From: Sumerlaeia bacterium
GTDB lineage: Bacteria > Sumerlaeota > Sumerlaeia > SLMS01 > JAHLLQ01
DNA: 64,000 nucleotides
Assembly (NCBI GenBank): GCA_040219255.1
Contig: JAVJSW010000060.1
Coordinates: 128,001-192,000, forward strand
Direction: 5' to 3'
Shown: in pieces, positions 37,301-47,512 of the stretch
Layout: every line of letters starts with the position of its first letter
Position numbering within the stretch: the first letter of the stretch is position 1
Program-made: the position numbers and the translations under genes
Notes under the pieces: model-generated
What the model saw: the letters and a program-made list of their open reading frames with translations, nothing else
What the model was told of the DNA's origin: nothing
The model's database searches: none

Positions 37301-37994
37301 TCTGCCCCGCTTGCGCCTGTCCGAGGGCGCGATCTACCCCATCACCCACCGGGGTTTCACCGGTTTCCCGCACGAGGAGCAGGTGCGGCGGTTGCTCCGC
37401 GCTGGGGCGAAGCTGATCCAGGTGCGCGAGAAGGAGCCGAAGCCCGATTTCCCCTGGGACCTGCGGCGTTGTGCCGAGCTGTGCCGCGAAGCGGGGGCTT
37501 CGCTGATCGTGAACGACGACCCAGAGGCGGCGCTCGCCGCCGGGGCCGCGGGGGTGCATCTTGGCCAGGAGGACGCCTCCCCGGGCGAAGTCCGCCGCCG
37601 CGTGGGCGACCTGCTGCTGATCGGTCTCTCGACGCACAACACGGAGCAATTGAGGCGGGCCCTGTCGGAGCCCGTTGACTACATCGCTGTCGGGCCGGTC
37701 TTCGGCACCACGACCAAGGAAAACCCCGACCCGGCGACGGGCATGCACCTCGTGCGCGAGGCCGCGGACTTGGTTCCCCGCACGGGCAAGCGGCTGGTCG
37801 TCATCGGCGGCATCACGCCGCGAAACCTGCCCGATCTGCTTCAAGCCGCTCCCATGGCGATTCCGGCGGTCATCGGTGGCATTATGAAGGCGCCGGACAT
37901 CGGCCTGGCCTATCAGACGATGCAGCGCGTCATGGAGGACGCTCTGCACGGCCAGCGCCCGCGCCGGTCAGCTCCGCAAACGTTTCTCACCTAA
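37293..37994 (+). CDS. thiE: Thiamine-phosphate synthase
   Basis: QVREK, IVNDD, GVHLGQED, GLSTH, DYIAVGPVFGTTTK, IGGI. Confidence 0.9.
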   Translation: MVDLPRLRLSEGAIYPITHRGFTGFPHEEQVRRLLRAGAKLIQVREKEPKPDFPWDLRRCAELCREAGASLIVNDDPEAALAAGAAGVHLGQEDASPGEVRRRVGDLLLIGLSTHNTEQLRRALSEPVDYIAVGPVFGTTTKENPDPATGMHLVREAADLVPRTGKRLVVIGGITPRNLPDLLQAAPMAIPAVIGGIMKAPDIGLAYQTMQRVMEDALHGQRPRRSAPQTFLT

Positions 37995-39148
37995 TCGGAT
38001 TTGAAGTGCCGGCCCTTCTTGCCTTCGCGGCGGGACTTGCGGTGCGGGCGGCCGCGTTTGCGCCCTTCCCGGTCCATGATGGCGGCGCGGCGCCGGTCGG
38101 CCTCCGCCCGCTCGTCTTGCAGCCGCAGGTAGCTGTCGAAGCGCGAGGGTTCCAGCTCGCCGGACTCGATGGCCTCGCGGATCGCGCAGCCCGGTTCCTC
38201 CTCGTGCGTGCAGTCGCTGAAGCGGCAGCGGGCCGCCAGCTCCTCCACCTCGCGAAAGGCTTCGTCGAGGGCGTCGTCCTCGCTGGCGGCGAGCTGCACT
38301 TCGCGCACCCCGGGCGAGTCGATGACGATGCCGCCGCCGCAGAAGCTTCCCGGCTCCAGCAGGATCATCTCGCGTTGCGTGGTGGTGTGGCGGCCGCGGC
38401 CGGTGGATTCGTTGAGCCCACCCGTCGCCTGCAACTCGTCCTGCGCCAAGGCATTGACCAGTGTGGACTTCCCTGTGCCGGAGGAGCCGGCGAAGACGAC
38501 GGTCCGGCCCGGCGCGATGTACTTCCGCAGGACGCCGAGGCCCAGGCTGTGCTCGGCGCTGATCGCATGGATGGGGGCGTCGCCGGCGACTTCCGCGACT
38601 TCCGCCACGGAAGTTTCGAGGAGTTCCGGTTCGTCGGCGAAGAGGTCCGCCTTGTTCAGCAGGATGACGGGTTGGGCGCCGCTTTCCCGCGTGATGACCA
38701 GAAAGCGTTCGATCCGGCGCACGTTGAAATCGTCGTCCAGGCCCATGACCACGAACACCACGTCGACGTTGGCGGCCAAAACCTGATGCTCCGAGACAGT
38801 GCCTTTGCGTTTGCGCATCAGGCAGGTGCGCCGGGCAAGCACCGCCTGGATACGCCATTCGTTGTCGTGCTCGTGTTTGGACAGCGCCACCCAATCGCCG
38901 ACGACCGGCAGTTCGGCTTCCGATTCGGCCTGGTGCATCAGGATTTTCTTGATGCGGGCGACCGCCTCGCCTTCCTCCGTCAGGACGGCGTATTGGCCTT
39001 TATGGCGGACGGCGACGCGGGCGGGCGTGGCTCCTTGTTTGGCCCAGGGCGCGAACTCGCTCTCCCATCGCGCGTCCCATCCGAGATTTTCGAAAAAGAG
39101 GTTTCTGTGAGTCAGCAAAACGTCCTCGGTCAGATAGGCAGCGCGCAA
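37991..39148 (-). CDS. rsgA: Ribosome small subunit-dependent GTPase A
   Basis: PVVGDWV, AANVD, NKAD, GSSGTGKST, GRHTTT, DSPG, CRFSDCTH.EPGC; start uncertain. Confidence 0.94.
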   Translation of the reverse strand: MRAAYLTEDVLLTHRNLFFENLGWDARWESEFAPWAKQGATPARVAVRHKGQYAVLTEEGEAVARIKKILMHQAESEAELPVVGDWVALSKHEHDNEWRIQAVLARRTCLMRKRKGTVSEHQVLAANVDVVFVVMGLDDDFNVRRIERFLVITRESGAQPVILLNKADLFADEPELLETSVAEVAEVAGDAPIHAISAEHSLGLGVLRKYIAPGRTVVFAGSSGTGKSTLVNALAQDELQATGGLNESTGRGRHTTTQREMILLEPGSFCGGGIVIDSPGVREVQLAASEDDALDEAFREVEELAARCRFSDCTHEEEPGCAIREAIESGELEPSRFDSYLRLQDERAEADRRRAAIMDREGRKRGRPHRKSRREGKKGRHFKSD

Positions 39149-39277
39149 ATTCTACCCCCCCTGGGCTGCGAAAGGCAAGCCGCATCGGCGCCGTTGGAAT
39201 GGTTCTGGTGAAGGCGCAGGGGGGCGAGCCGGCCTCCGCGGAGGAGCGGCGCCCAATTCCCGGAGGTTCCCCAGTCC

Positions 39278-40204
39278 ATGATTCCAATCGACGGCCACCA
39301 CGGCATCGGCAGCACCCTGCAAGGAAACGTCACCGGCAGGCTCGCGGGCAAAACCGCCCTCGTCACCGGCGGCGGAACCGGCATCGGCGAAGCCATCGCT
39401 CACAAATTCGCCTACGAAGGCGCCGCCGTTCTAGTGGCCGGTCTGCCCGGCGATCCGGTGGAGGACGTGGCGGAGTGCATCCGCCGCGCTGGTGGTATGG
39501 CGGAGTCCTTTGAAGGCGACCTGGCGGACCCGGCGCGGGCGGAAGCCTGTGTCGACAGGGCCGTGCAGGCCTTCGGCAAGCTGGACATTCTGGTGAATAA
39601 TGCCGGCGTTTACCAGACGACTGGCGCGACCGAGGATTTCCCGGTCGAGGACTTCGACCGGATGTTCCGCGACAATGTACGGTCGGCGTTCCTGATGACC
39701 AAATACGCCCTGCCGTATCTGCAAAGCGCCCAGGGCAACGTGATCGCCACGGGTTCGGAAGCGGGCGAGCTGGGCATGCCCAAGAGTTCGCCCTATGGCG
39801 GCACCAAGGGCTTCGTGCACGCCTTTATCCGGGGCGTGGCGGCGGAGCAGGCCCCCCACGGCGTGCGGGCCAACTGCGTGTGCTGTGGACCGATGGACAC
39901 GCAGTGGCATCAGGTCGAGGAGTCGGCCACGACAAAGGAAATGGAGAAGGGGACTCTGCAGGCGGTCGTTATGGGGCGGCGCGGCAATCCAGAAGAGGCG
40001 GCCAACGTGTTCGCCTTTGTGGCGAGCGACGAAGCGAGCTTTATGACCGGCTCGCTCGTCTATGTGGATGGCGGGATTTCCATCAGCCGGGGCGACATGG
40101 GAAGTCAAATCCCGGAGCCGATGCGCCAGACGCCGGAGGGACGCTTTCCCCTGCGGGCCCATGAAAAGGAAGGCAACGAAGGCAAGACCATGACAAAGCT
40201 GTGA
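39278..40204 (+). CDS. SDR family oxidoreductase
   Basis: TGGGTGIG, NNAG, YGGTK. Confidence 0.93.
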   Translation: MIPIDGHHGIGSTLQGNVTGRLAGKTALVTGGGTGIGEAIAHKFAYEGAAVLVAGLPGDPVEDVAECIRRAGGMAESFEGDLADPARAEACVDRAVQAFGKLDILVNNAGVYQTTGATEDFPVEDFDRMFRDNVRSAFLMTKYALPYLQSAQGNVIATGSEAGELGMPKSSPYGGTKGFVHAFIRGVAAEQAPHGVRANCVCCGPMDTQWHQVEESATTKEMEKGTLQAVVMGRRGNPEEAANVFAFVASDEASFMTGSLVYVDGGISISRGDMGSQIPEPMRQTPEGRFPLRAHEKEGNEGKTMTKL

Positions 40205-40321
40205 CGCTTTCGCCTTGCCGCTGGCCAGCCCCATCCGGGCAAAGTGCCGCCGCCCGGCCGCGTCTCATCCACGCGCCGAGGCGGCATCATCTTGCCCTCC
40301 CTGCACGCGAGCGACCCGATC

Positions 40322-41401
40322 ATGGCCGAGACTCCGACCTCTGACGACATGAAAACGAAAGATCAAGCCCCCCCTTCGCCGGTCACTGAGGATACAAACT
40401 TCCTCCGCACCGTCATCGGCGGGTTCCTTATGGGCGTGGCCAACATCATCCCTGGCGTGTCCGGCGGGACGATGCTGCTGGCGACCGGCATCTACGAGCG
40501 CTTTGTCGAGTCGGTGGCCGACTTGACCAAGTTCAAGGGCTTCAAGAAGGCGCTCCTTGGCGAAGGGAGCGCCGCGTCGCTGTTGAACCCGATCGCGCTC
40601 TTTTCCGCGCTGGTCCGGCTCCTCAAACTGCCTCACGTGCTCTTCATCGCCATCGTCGGCTTCAGCGCCGTGATCTCGATCCTCGTGGCGAACAAGCCCA
40701 TCAATCTCGGCCTGACCCATGTGCATCACCTGATGTACGCGCTGTTCATCGGGCTGACGCTGGGCGGGGTACCGCTGTTGTGGAAAGAAATCAAGATCAA
40801 CGCGGTGTCGATCGCCGCGATCGTCGCGGGTATTCTGATCATGGCGGGGATCGCCCTGATCAGCGGCGTCGCCCTGCCGCGCAACTTCGTCGTTTTCTTC
40901 ATCGCAGGGATTCTGGCCAGCATGGCGATGGTGCTGCCGGGCATCAGCGGTTCATACCTGCTGCTGATTTTTGGGCTCTACTATCCGATTTCCAAAGCCA
41001 TCGAGGACCTGAAGGAAGCCCTGAAAGCCACCTCCTTCGCCGATGTTTTCGCCATCGGATTTTCCATCATCTTGCCGGTCGGTCTCGGCGTGCTGGAGGG
41101 CATCGCGGCGCTGACGAATATCTTGAAGGCATTGCTGCACCGCTTCCACAACGCGACCATGGGCGTGCTGCTGGGGTTGCTGCTGGGAAGCGTCCTCGGA
41201 CTCTACCCCTTCAAGGCGCTAAAGGATGTCGAAAAAGACGAAGCAACCGGCAAAGCCGTCCCGGTCGAAGTCGCTCCCGCCAAGCCCGCCACGCCCGCCA
41301 ACATCGCGCTGGTGCTGCTGATGATCGGCGTCGGTTTTGCCGGGACTTACGCGGTCAGCCGCATTGGCAACAAAGAAGGCGAACAAAGCGCCGTCGCCTG
41401 A
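40322..41401 (+). CDS. DUF368 membrane protein (undecaprenyl-phosphate translocase family)
   Basis: MGVANIIPGVSGGT and MVLPGISGS repeats; multiple TM helices. Confidence 0.9.
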   Translation: MAETPTSDDMKTKDQAPPSPVTEDTNFLRTVIGGFLMGVANIIPGVSGGTMLLATGIYERFVESVADLTKFKGFKKALLGEGSAASLLNPIALFSALVRLLKLPHVLFIAIVGFSAVISILVANKPINLGLTHVHHLMYALFIGLTLGGVPLLWKEIKINAVSIAAIVAGILIMAGIALISGVALPRNFVVFFIAGILASMAMVLPGISGSYLLLIFGLYYPISKAIEDLKEALKATSFADVFAIGFSIILPVGLGVLEGIAALTNILKALLHRFHNATMGVLLGLLLGSVLGLYPFKALKDVEKDEATGKAVPVEVAPAKPATPANIALVLLMIGVGFAGTYAVSRIGNKEGEQSAVA

Positions 41402-41450
41402 GTTTGACTCCGGCGGGGCGCCGGGGCGAGTCTGCCCCAGACTTTCCGCC

Positions 41451-43265
41451 ATGACGACTCCTCCCCGCTCTTCTCGACTCCGCCGCCTAAGCCTCTGGCT
41501 CGTTGCTGTGGGGTTTGGGCTGTTCGCGGCTTGGGGATTGCTGGTCGCGTCGGCCGAGGGCTACGCGCGCCACGAACTGCGCCAGCGCCTCGAAGAACGC
41601 CTCGGCGTGCCGGTTTCCGTGGGCGGGGTGGATTTGCAGCCCTTGCGCGGGCGGGTACGGGTCCGCGGCCTCTGGATCGCCCAGCCGACGGGCTTTGAAG
41701 GAGGCGGGGCGCTGCTCTCTATCGATCAGGCCGAGGCGGAGGTGGTCCTGCGGAGTCTGCGCAGCGACGTGGAAATCCGCATCCCGCGCATCGAAATCGC
41801 GGGCGTGCGCGGCCGCTTCGAGCGCCTCGCCGATGGCCGCACGAACATCCGCCAGGTCGCCGCCCACGAACCCGCCGCCCTGGAGGTTCCCGAACCCGCG
41901 CCGCCAGCCGCCGAAGAACCGCCCGCGCCGGCCTCGGGGCCTCCCCCCGCCGAAGTCGAAACCGAACCTGAACCCAACGAACCCGAACGCCGCGAGCCAA
42001 AGCCCCGCGTGGTCATCGGAGAAATCCGCCTCGCCGATTGGGAAGTGACGGTGGCGGATTGGCTGTCGGAGAAGGACTCCGGCGAGGCGCGGTTTGTGGT
42101 GGGCGAGGTGGCGCTGCGGCGGCTGGAAATCCCCGGCGTCAGCGACCGCGAGGAGTTCCGCGCGGTGCCCGAAACGGAACTGGAACTGGCCGGCCTGCTC
42201 CTGGAGGACCCGGAGCAGTTCGGCCCCGGGGCGATGCTGGCGGTGCCATCGCTGCGGGCCAGCTTCGATCTCGCTCGAACTCGCGCGGGCGAACCGGCCT
42301 TCAGCCTGATCGAAGCCGACGGCGTGCGCTACACCCTGGCGTCGAACGAGCGCGGACGCCTGAACCGAAAGACGTTGGACGAAATCCTCGATAGCGTTTT
42401 CAAAACGGACAATGAGGACGACGAAGACGAGGAAAAGGAGGAGGCTCCGCCCAAGGTAACTGCCGCGCCAGCGCCCTCGCCCGAACCGGCGGAAGCCCAG
42501 CCCGCGCCGGCCGCCGAAACCGCGCCTGTACCGGCAACGGAGCCGGCCCCCAGACGCCGCCGCGCCAAGCCCCGCGATCCGTTCCGCCTTGATCGCCTGG
42601 TCCTGCGCGACGCTGTCTTTGACCGCCAATGGTGGGACGATGAAGCGGAGGCGTGGCAGCGGGCCGGAACGGGGTCGCTGGTTTTGGAGCTGACCGGCCT
42701 GCGAGCGCCTTCGCCGCCGGGGCGGCCGTTCGCGCTGACAGTGAGGGCCAGCCCCTTGAGTGACCGGGGCCACCTGACGCTGACGGCTGAGGGCGTGCCC
42801 TATCCGGACGCCCCAGCGTCGCCGACGCTGACCCTGGCGATTTCCGGCGAGGCGCTGGCGCTGCATCGCTACCTGGCGATGCCGGGAGACGACGAGGACG
42901 AGCAGGGGCCCTCGCGGGTCCAGTCGGCATGGATGGACCTGGAGGCCCAAGGCCAGGTGGCTGGCGGGCGTGGCGCGATGAGCCTTGAACTCGCCTTCTC
43001 AGATGTGACCGTTCGCCCCGACGAGCGTTCCTTTCTGGAACGGCTCAGGCCGAGCCGCGCCGACCGAACGGCTAACGACCTGGCGCAGGCCGCCGCCGAA
43101 GCCCCCGATGGCCGAGCCGAGATGCGGGGCGAATCGGCGCTGGTCCTGGAAGAATGGAACGGAGCCTTCGGCCCGTTGTTCGTGCTGGCGCATTGCGCCG
43201 TGGCCGATGCGTTCGGGCTGAGTGATCCGCTATGCGCGGCGTATTCGGGGGAAGAGGCGAAATAG
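41451..43265 (+). CDS. AsmA/DUF748-like membrane-anchored protein
   Basis: N-terminal TM, VSVGGVDLQPLRGRVRVRGL.I.QP.GF, ER..DG.TN; two Pro/Glu-rich linkers. Confidence 0.65.
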   Translation: MTTPPRSSRLRRLSLWLVAVGFGLFAAWGLLVASAEGYARHELRQRLEERLGVPVSVGGVDLQPLRGRVRVRGLWIAQPTGFEGGGALLSIDQAEAEVVLRSLRSDVEIRIPRIEIAGVRGRFERLADGRTNIRQVAAHEPAALEVPEPAPPAAEEPPAPASGPPPAEVETEPEPNEPERREPKPRVVIGEIRLADWEVTVADWLSEKDSGEARFVVGEVALRRLEIPGVSDREEFRAVPETELELAGLLLEDPEQFGPGAMLAVPSLRASFDLARTRAGEPAFSLIEADGVRYTLASNERGRLNRKTLDEILDSVFKTDNEDDEDEEKEEAPPKVTAAPAPSPEPAEAQPAPAAETAPVPATEPAPRRRRAKPRDPFRLDRLVLRDAVFDRQWWDDEAEAWQRAGTGSLVLELTGLRAPSPPGRPFALTVRASPLSDRGHLTLTAEGVPYPDAPASPTLTLAISGEALALHRYLAMPGDDEDEQGPSRVQSAWMDLEAQGQVAGGRGAMSLELAFSDVTVRPDERSFLERLRPSRADRTANDLAQAAAEAPDGRAEMRGESALVLEEWNGAFGPLFVLAHCAVADAFGLSDPLCAAYSGEEAK

Positions 43266-43335
43266 CCGCCGCCGGGCATGAATACCGCTCCATCCCGGGC
43301 GTAAAGATCGCAACGCCAGAGAAAGAACCCTCCCC

Positions 43336-43815
43336 ATGCGCTACAAAGTCCGTGAGAAAATCTTCGCCATCGGCGACGCCTTCACCATCGAGGACGAGCA
43401 CGGCAACGCCGCGTTCAAGGTGAAGAGCAAAATCCTGAGTTTCCGCAACCGCATGGAAATGGAGGACGCGAGCGGCAAGGATGTGGCGACGATGCACAAG
43501 AAAATCGTGGCGTTCTTCGAGACCTGGACCGTCGAAATCGCGGGCGGTCCGGCGGTGAAGGTCAGGCGGGGCATCAAGTTGTTCGGGTCGCGCTTTTCGA
43601 TTTCCGGCGGGGGAGAGAAGCTGGACGCGCGGGGATCGTTCTACGACTACAATTTCGAGATCACCCGCGGCGGCCGCACGGCGGCGGTGGTCAGCAAGAA
43701 GTTCTTCGCGCTCTCGGACACCTACGGCGTCGAGGTGGCCGACGGCGAGGACCCGGCGCTGATGATGGCGCTGGTGATTGTCTTCGATCAAATTTTCCAC
43801 GAAGAACGAGACTGA
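43336..43815 (+). CDS. LURP-one-related / scramblase-like (tubby C-terminal-like) protein
   Basis: KIFAIGDAFTIEDE.G...F.V, G.F.DYNFEI, VSKKFF.LSDTYGVEV. Confidence 0.85.
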   Translation: MRYKVREKIFAIGDAFTIEDEHGNAAFKVKSKILSFRNRMEMEDASGKDVATMHKKIVAFFETWTVEIAGGPAVKVRRGIKLFGSRFSISGGGEKLDARGSFYDYNFEITRGGRTAAVVSKKFFALSDTYGVEVADGEDPALMMALVIVFDQIFHEERD

Positions 43816-43913
43816 ATTTTCCGCCCTTGCGCCAAGGCAATCGCTCCCGCAAAGGTGAGTCTCCTGGCATTCCGCCGGACCGAGTCTTGTTTCTCTGAGG
43901 TCATTGCCGCATC

Positions 43914-44903
43914 ATGGAATTCTCCGGCGAGCCAGAGCGCCGCGCCTCTCCGCCCCCGAGCGACAACCCGGCCCGCAAACTGGCGGCGAACATCGGACAA
44001 GTCATCGTCGGCAAAGACGACCTGGTGCTGCTGGTCATCGCGGCGATGCTGGCGAACGGCCATGTCTTGGTCGAGGACGTGCCCGGCACCGGCAAGACGA
44101 TGCTGGCGCGCGCGCTGGCGCGCAGCCTTGATTCGTCCTTCAGCCGGGTGCAGTTCACGCCCGATCTGCTGCCCAGCGATCTGACCGGCGTTTCGATCTT
44201 CAATCAGAAGTCGGGTGAGTTCGAGTTCCGGCGGGGGCCGCTTTTCGCGGCGATTCTGCTGGCGGACGAACTCAATCGCGCCACCCCCCGAACCCAGAGC
44301 GCGCTCCTCGAAGCGATGGAGGAACGCACCGTCAGCGTCGATGGCAAGACCTACGATTTGCCCGCCCCCTTCTTCGTCATCGCCACCCAGAACCCGGTCG
44401 AGCAGCAGGGCGTTTACGAATTGCCGGAGGCGCAGCTCGACCGCTTTCTGATCCGGCTGACGCTCGGGTATCCGTCGCGGGCGGAGGAACGCAGGATCCT
44501 GGAGGCCCAGCGCAAAGCCCACCCCATTCACGCCGTCCGCCACATCGCGTCGGTCAACGACATGATCCGGATTCAGGAGCAGTTGCGTGAGGAAGTCGCC
44601 GTCGAACCCAACGTGGCCGACTACATCGTGCGGCTCGTGGCGGCCACGCGCGAACATCGCGACGTGCTGCTGGGGGCCAGCCCCCGGGCGTCTCTGGCGC
44701 TCTATCGGCTGTGCCAGGCGCGGGCGTGGATCGGGGGCCAGCGCTTCGTGACGCCGGACCTAGTCAAGGCCATGGCCCCGGCGGTGCTGTGCCACCGGCT
44801 GCTTCTCAAGGCGCAAAGCCGGCTGGGCGGAATCCAGCCGGAGGCGGTGGTGAAGGAACTGCTGGCCAGCGTCGAAGTCCCGGTGCGGCGCCTGGCGGGT
44901 TAG
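43914..44903 (+). CDS. MoxR family AAA+ ATPase
   Basis: HVLVEDVPGTGKT, RVQFTPDLLPSD, DELNR, ATQNP, LPEAQLDRF, GASPR. Confidence 0.95.
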   Translation: MEFSGEPERRASPPPSDNPARKLAANIGQVIVGKDDLVLLVIAAMLANGHVLVEDVPGTGKTMLARALARSLDSSFSRVQFTPDLLPSDLTGVSIFNQKSGEFEFRRGPLFAAILLADELNRATPRTQSALLEAMEERTVSVDGKTYDLPAPFFVIATQNPVEQQGVYELPEAQLDRFLIRLTLGYPSRAEERRILEAQRKAHPIHAVRHIASVNDMIRIQEQLREEVAVEPNVADYIVRLVAATREHRDVLLGASPRASLALYRLCQARAWIGGQRFVTPDLVKAMAPAVLCHRLLLKAQSRLGGIQPEAVVKELLASVEVPVRRLAG

Positions 44904-44917
44904 GCGGGCGCCGCGCC

Positions 44918-45313
44918 TCAGGAATCGGCCGCTTTGCCTTCGATGACGTCCTCGTCCGATTCGCCGCGATAGACGCGAAACCTCTTCAACACGTCGTTGA
45001 GCGTCTTCATCGCCATGCCCAGCACCACCGCGTCGTCGATGTAGCCGACGCCGATGATGAAGTCCGGGATCACATCGATAGGGGCGATGAAGTAGAGCAG
45101 CGAGGCGATGATGACCGCCTTGTCCTTCCACTCGAGGGCGAAGCCCGGGTCCCGCATCATGTCATAAAGTGTGCGGACGTCGCGCATCATGCGGCGAACG
45201 AACCGTGCCGCTTTGGCTCCCGTCTGATCGCCGCCCAACCCTTGCAGCTTCTGGTCGAGCTTGTCGTGAACTTTTTGTTCGTCTTCGGGGCGGACGTTAT
45301 CTGGCTTGATCAT
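44918..45313 (-). CDS. DUF1232 / YkvA family protein
   Basis: LLYFIAPIDVIPDFIIGVGYIDD. Confidence 0.9.
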   Translation of the reverse strand: MIKPDNVRPEDEQKVHDKLDQKLQGLGGDQTGAKAARFVRRMMRDVRTLYDMMRDPGFALEWKDKAVIIASLLYFIAPIDVIPDFIIGVGYIDDAVVLGMAMKTLNDVLKRFRVYRGESDEDVIEGKAADS

Positions 45314-45613
45314 GGGTGATTTCCTCAAGTGGGGTTGGTGAAAGGGATTCTTGCGGTCCAATATTTCGGGCTCAGGCGCGATTCTGGCGACATCAGAACA
45401 GTCATCAATCGCTTAGTAACGGGAAATTTGACAAGACATTCTCATCTGGGTTGACTCCTGTTTAGGTTCTGTCTAAGTATTCGCGCATGTGTCCAAAATT
45501 TTCGCTGTGCCCCATTGCTCTTCTTCGTGAATCCGATGACATCGTCCGGGAGGTGTCCCCCTCCCGCTTTTCCCTTACTTTTCTCGCTGTGGATTATTCT
45601 CCGGAGGCCAACT

Positions 45614-47335
45614 ATGTCTGAGCTATCTCTCAGCCCTGAGCGAAAGGTGGAAGTCATTTCCCGGGTGACTTCCGCCGTGCTGACTCGCCGAGACCTGACC
45701 GGATTGTTTCAAGCCGTCTGGGAAACGATCAACGATCTCTTCCCCGCCGCGACGGAATTGTCCTTTCAGCGCTACTTCGCCGATAAGCAGTACTTCGAGG
45801 TCGTCGCCTCGAACAAGAAGGGCAACATCGGCGTCCGCTTCGACGACACGGAGAGCACGCCCGGCGGCATCCTCTTCAAGATGAACCGCACCATGATGAT
45901 CAACGACATGGACGTCTTCGCCCAGCAGTCGGGCGTGGATCTGCGGGATTTTTATAAGTCCCAGTTCGGCTCGGGCATCGCCGTGATGCTGCAGCATGGC
46001 GACAAGGCCCTCGGCTACATGTCGGTCCGCAGCGACCAGAAGGGCGCCTTCACGCAAGAAGACAAGACCATCATGGACGCCCTCGGCGGGGTTGTTTCCC
46101 TGGCCTTCGAAAATGCGCTCGCCTTCGACGAGATCAACCGGCTGAAGGAGACGGCGGAAGCCCAGGGCGCCTACCTGCGCGAAGAGGTCGAGTCCTTCTA
46201 TCCGGTCAACGGCATGGTCGGCAAGAGCCTGTCCTTCAAAACGGTGCTCAAACAGATCGAGCAGGTCGCCAAGACCGACAGCACGGTGCTGATCGAAGGC
46301 GAAACAGGCACCGGCAAGGAAGTGGTTGCGCGCGCCATCCACGAGCGCAGCAACCGCTCGGACAAGCCGCTCATCAAGCTGAACTGCGGGGCCCTGCCTG
46401 AGAACCTGGTGGAAAGCGAACTGTTCGGGCACGAGCGCGGGTCCTTTACCGGCGCCGCCGGGCGCCGCATCGGCCGCTTCGAGCTGGCCGATGGCGGCAC
46501 GATTTTCCTCGATGAAATTGGCGAAATGCCGCTGTCGCTTCAGGTCAAACTGCTGCGTGTTCTGCAGGAGCAGGAGTTCGAGCGCGTCGGTGGCGAGAAG
46601 CCGATCCATGTGGACGTGCGGGTGATCGCCGCCACGAACCGCGATCTGCGGACTGAAGTGGCCGCCGGCCGCTTCCGTGCCGACCTCTATTATCGCCTCA
46701 ACGTGTTCCCCATCGCGGTCTCGCCTCTGCGGTCGCGACCCGAGGATGCCGTCTTGCTGGCGAAGCATTTCGTGAAGCAAACGGCGAATCGGATGGGCGG
46801 CAAAGGCTATCAACTGTCCAATGGGTCCCTGAACGCGGTGCAGAATTACCCGTGGCCGGGTAATGTGCGCGAACTCGAGCACTTGGTCGAGCGGGCAGTC
46901 ATCCTCTCGCAGAATGGGATGGTGAATTTAGAGGCGCTGCTGGCGCCCGGTTCCGGGACGAACCAGCAGGCGACCGTCGCATTCCCCGACAGCAAACCGC
47001 CCGCGCCGATCGCGACACCCAATCCGGTGCCGATGCCTTCCGCGCCCGCCGAAAATTCGGCACCATCCGCTCCCAAGGCGGATGCGGCCCCCCCGTCCGC
47101 CACTCCCGACACCTCGGAACTGCTGCGGAATCAAAAGCCGGCGGTTTCGCTGAAGGAAAGTTTCCTGGAAGCGGAGAAGACGGCGATCGAGTCGGCGTTG
47201 GCCGAATGCGATGGGGTGATCGGCGGCAAGAACGGCGCGGCGGCGCGCCTGGGGCTCAAGCGCCAGACTTTGCAGTCGAAGATGAAGAAGCTGGGAATTA
47301 CCCTGTCGCGTCCGCGGCGAGCCGTTTCCAACTAG
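45614..47335 (+). CDS. Sigma54-dependent transcriptional activator (GAF-AAA-HTH, FhlA/NifA-like)
   Basis: GETGTGKE, ESELFGHERGSFTGA, FLDEIGE, AATNRDL, WPGNVREL, C-terminal GAAARLGLKRQTL; GGAGG RBS before ATG 45614. Confidence 0.95.
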   Translation: MSELSLSPERKVEVISRVTSAVLTRRDLTGLFQAVWETINDLFPAATELSFQRYFADKQYFEVVASNKKGNIGVRFDDTESTPGGILFKMNRTMMINDMDVFAQQSGVDLRDFYKSQFGSGIAVMLQHGDKALGYMSVRSDQKGAFTQEDKTIMDALGGVVSLAFENALAFDEINRLKETAEAQGAYLREEVESFYPVNGMVGKSLSFKTVLKQIEQVAKTDSTVLIEGETGTGKEVVARAIHERSNRSDKPLIKLNCGALPENLVESELFGHERGSFTGAAGRRIGRFELADGGTIFLDEIGEMPLSLQVKLLRVLQEQEFERVGGEKPIHVDVRVIAATNRDLRTEVAAGRFRADLYYRLNVFPIAVSPLRSRPEDAVLLAKHFVKQTANRMGGKGYQLSNGSLNAVQNYPWPGNVRELEHLVERAVILSQNGMVNLEALLAPGSGTNQQATVAFPDSKPPAPIATPNPVPMPSAPAENSAPSAPKADAAPPSATPDTSELLRNQKPAVSLKESFLEAEKTAIESALAECDGVIGGKNGAAARLGLKRQTLQSKMKKLGITLSRPRRAVSN

Positions 47336-47378
47336 ACGAAAGCCGCCGGCCGGCTGTCTGACAGAAAAGGATTCTTTT

Positions 47379-47405
47379 TCGCCTCGCTTCGCGGGGCGAT
47401 TTTTC
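47379..47405 (+). terminator. Probable rho-independent terminator
   Basis: TCGCCTCGC-TTC-GCGGGGCGA then TTTTT. Confidence 0.65.
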
Positions 47406-47512
47406 TTGCTCGAAATCCGATCCAAATCGTCCAATTCGCTCTCGATGGTCTCAAGTTTGCTTTTTCCAGAGAATGCCATATTTTGGGTAAATACGAATTC
47501 GGGAGAGGCAAA

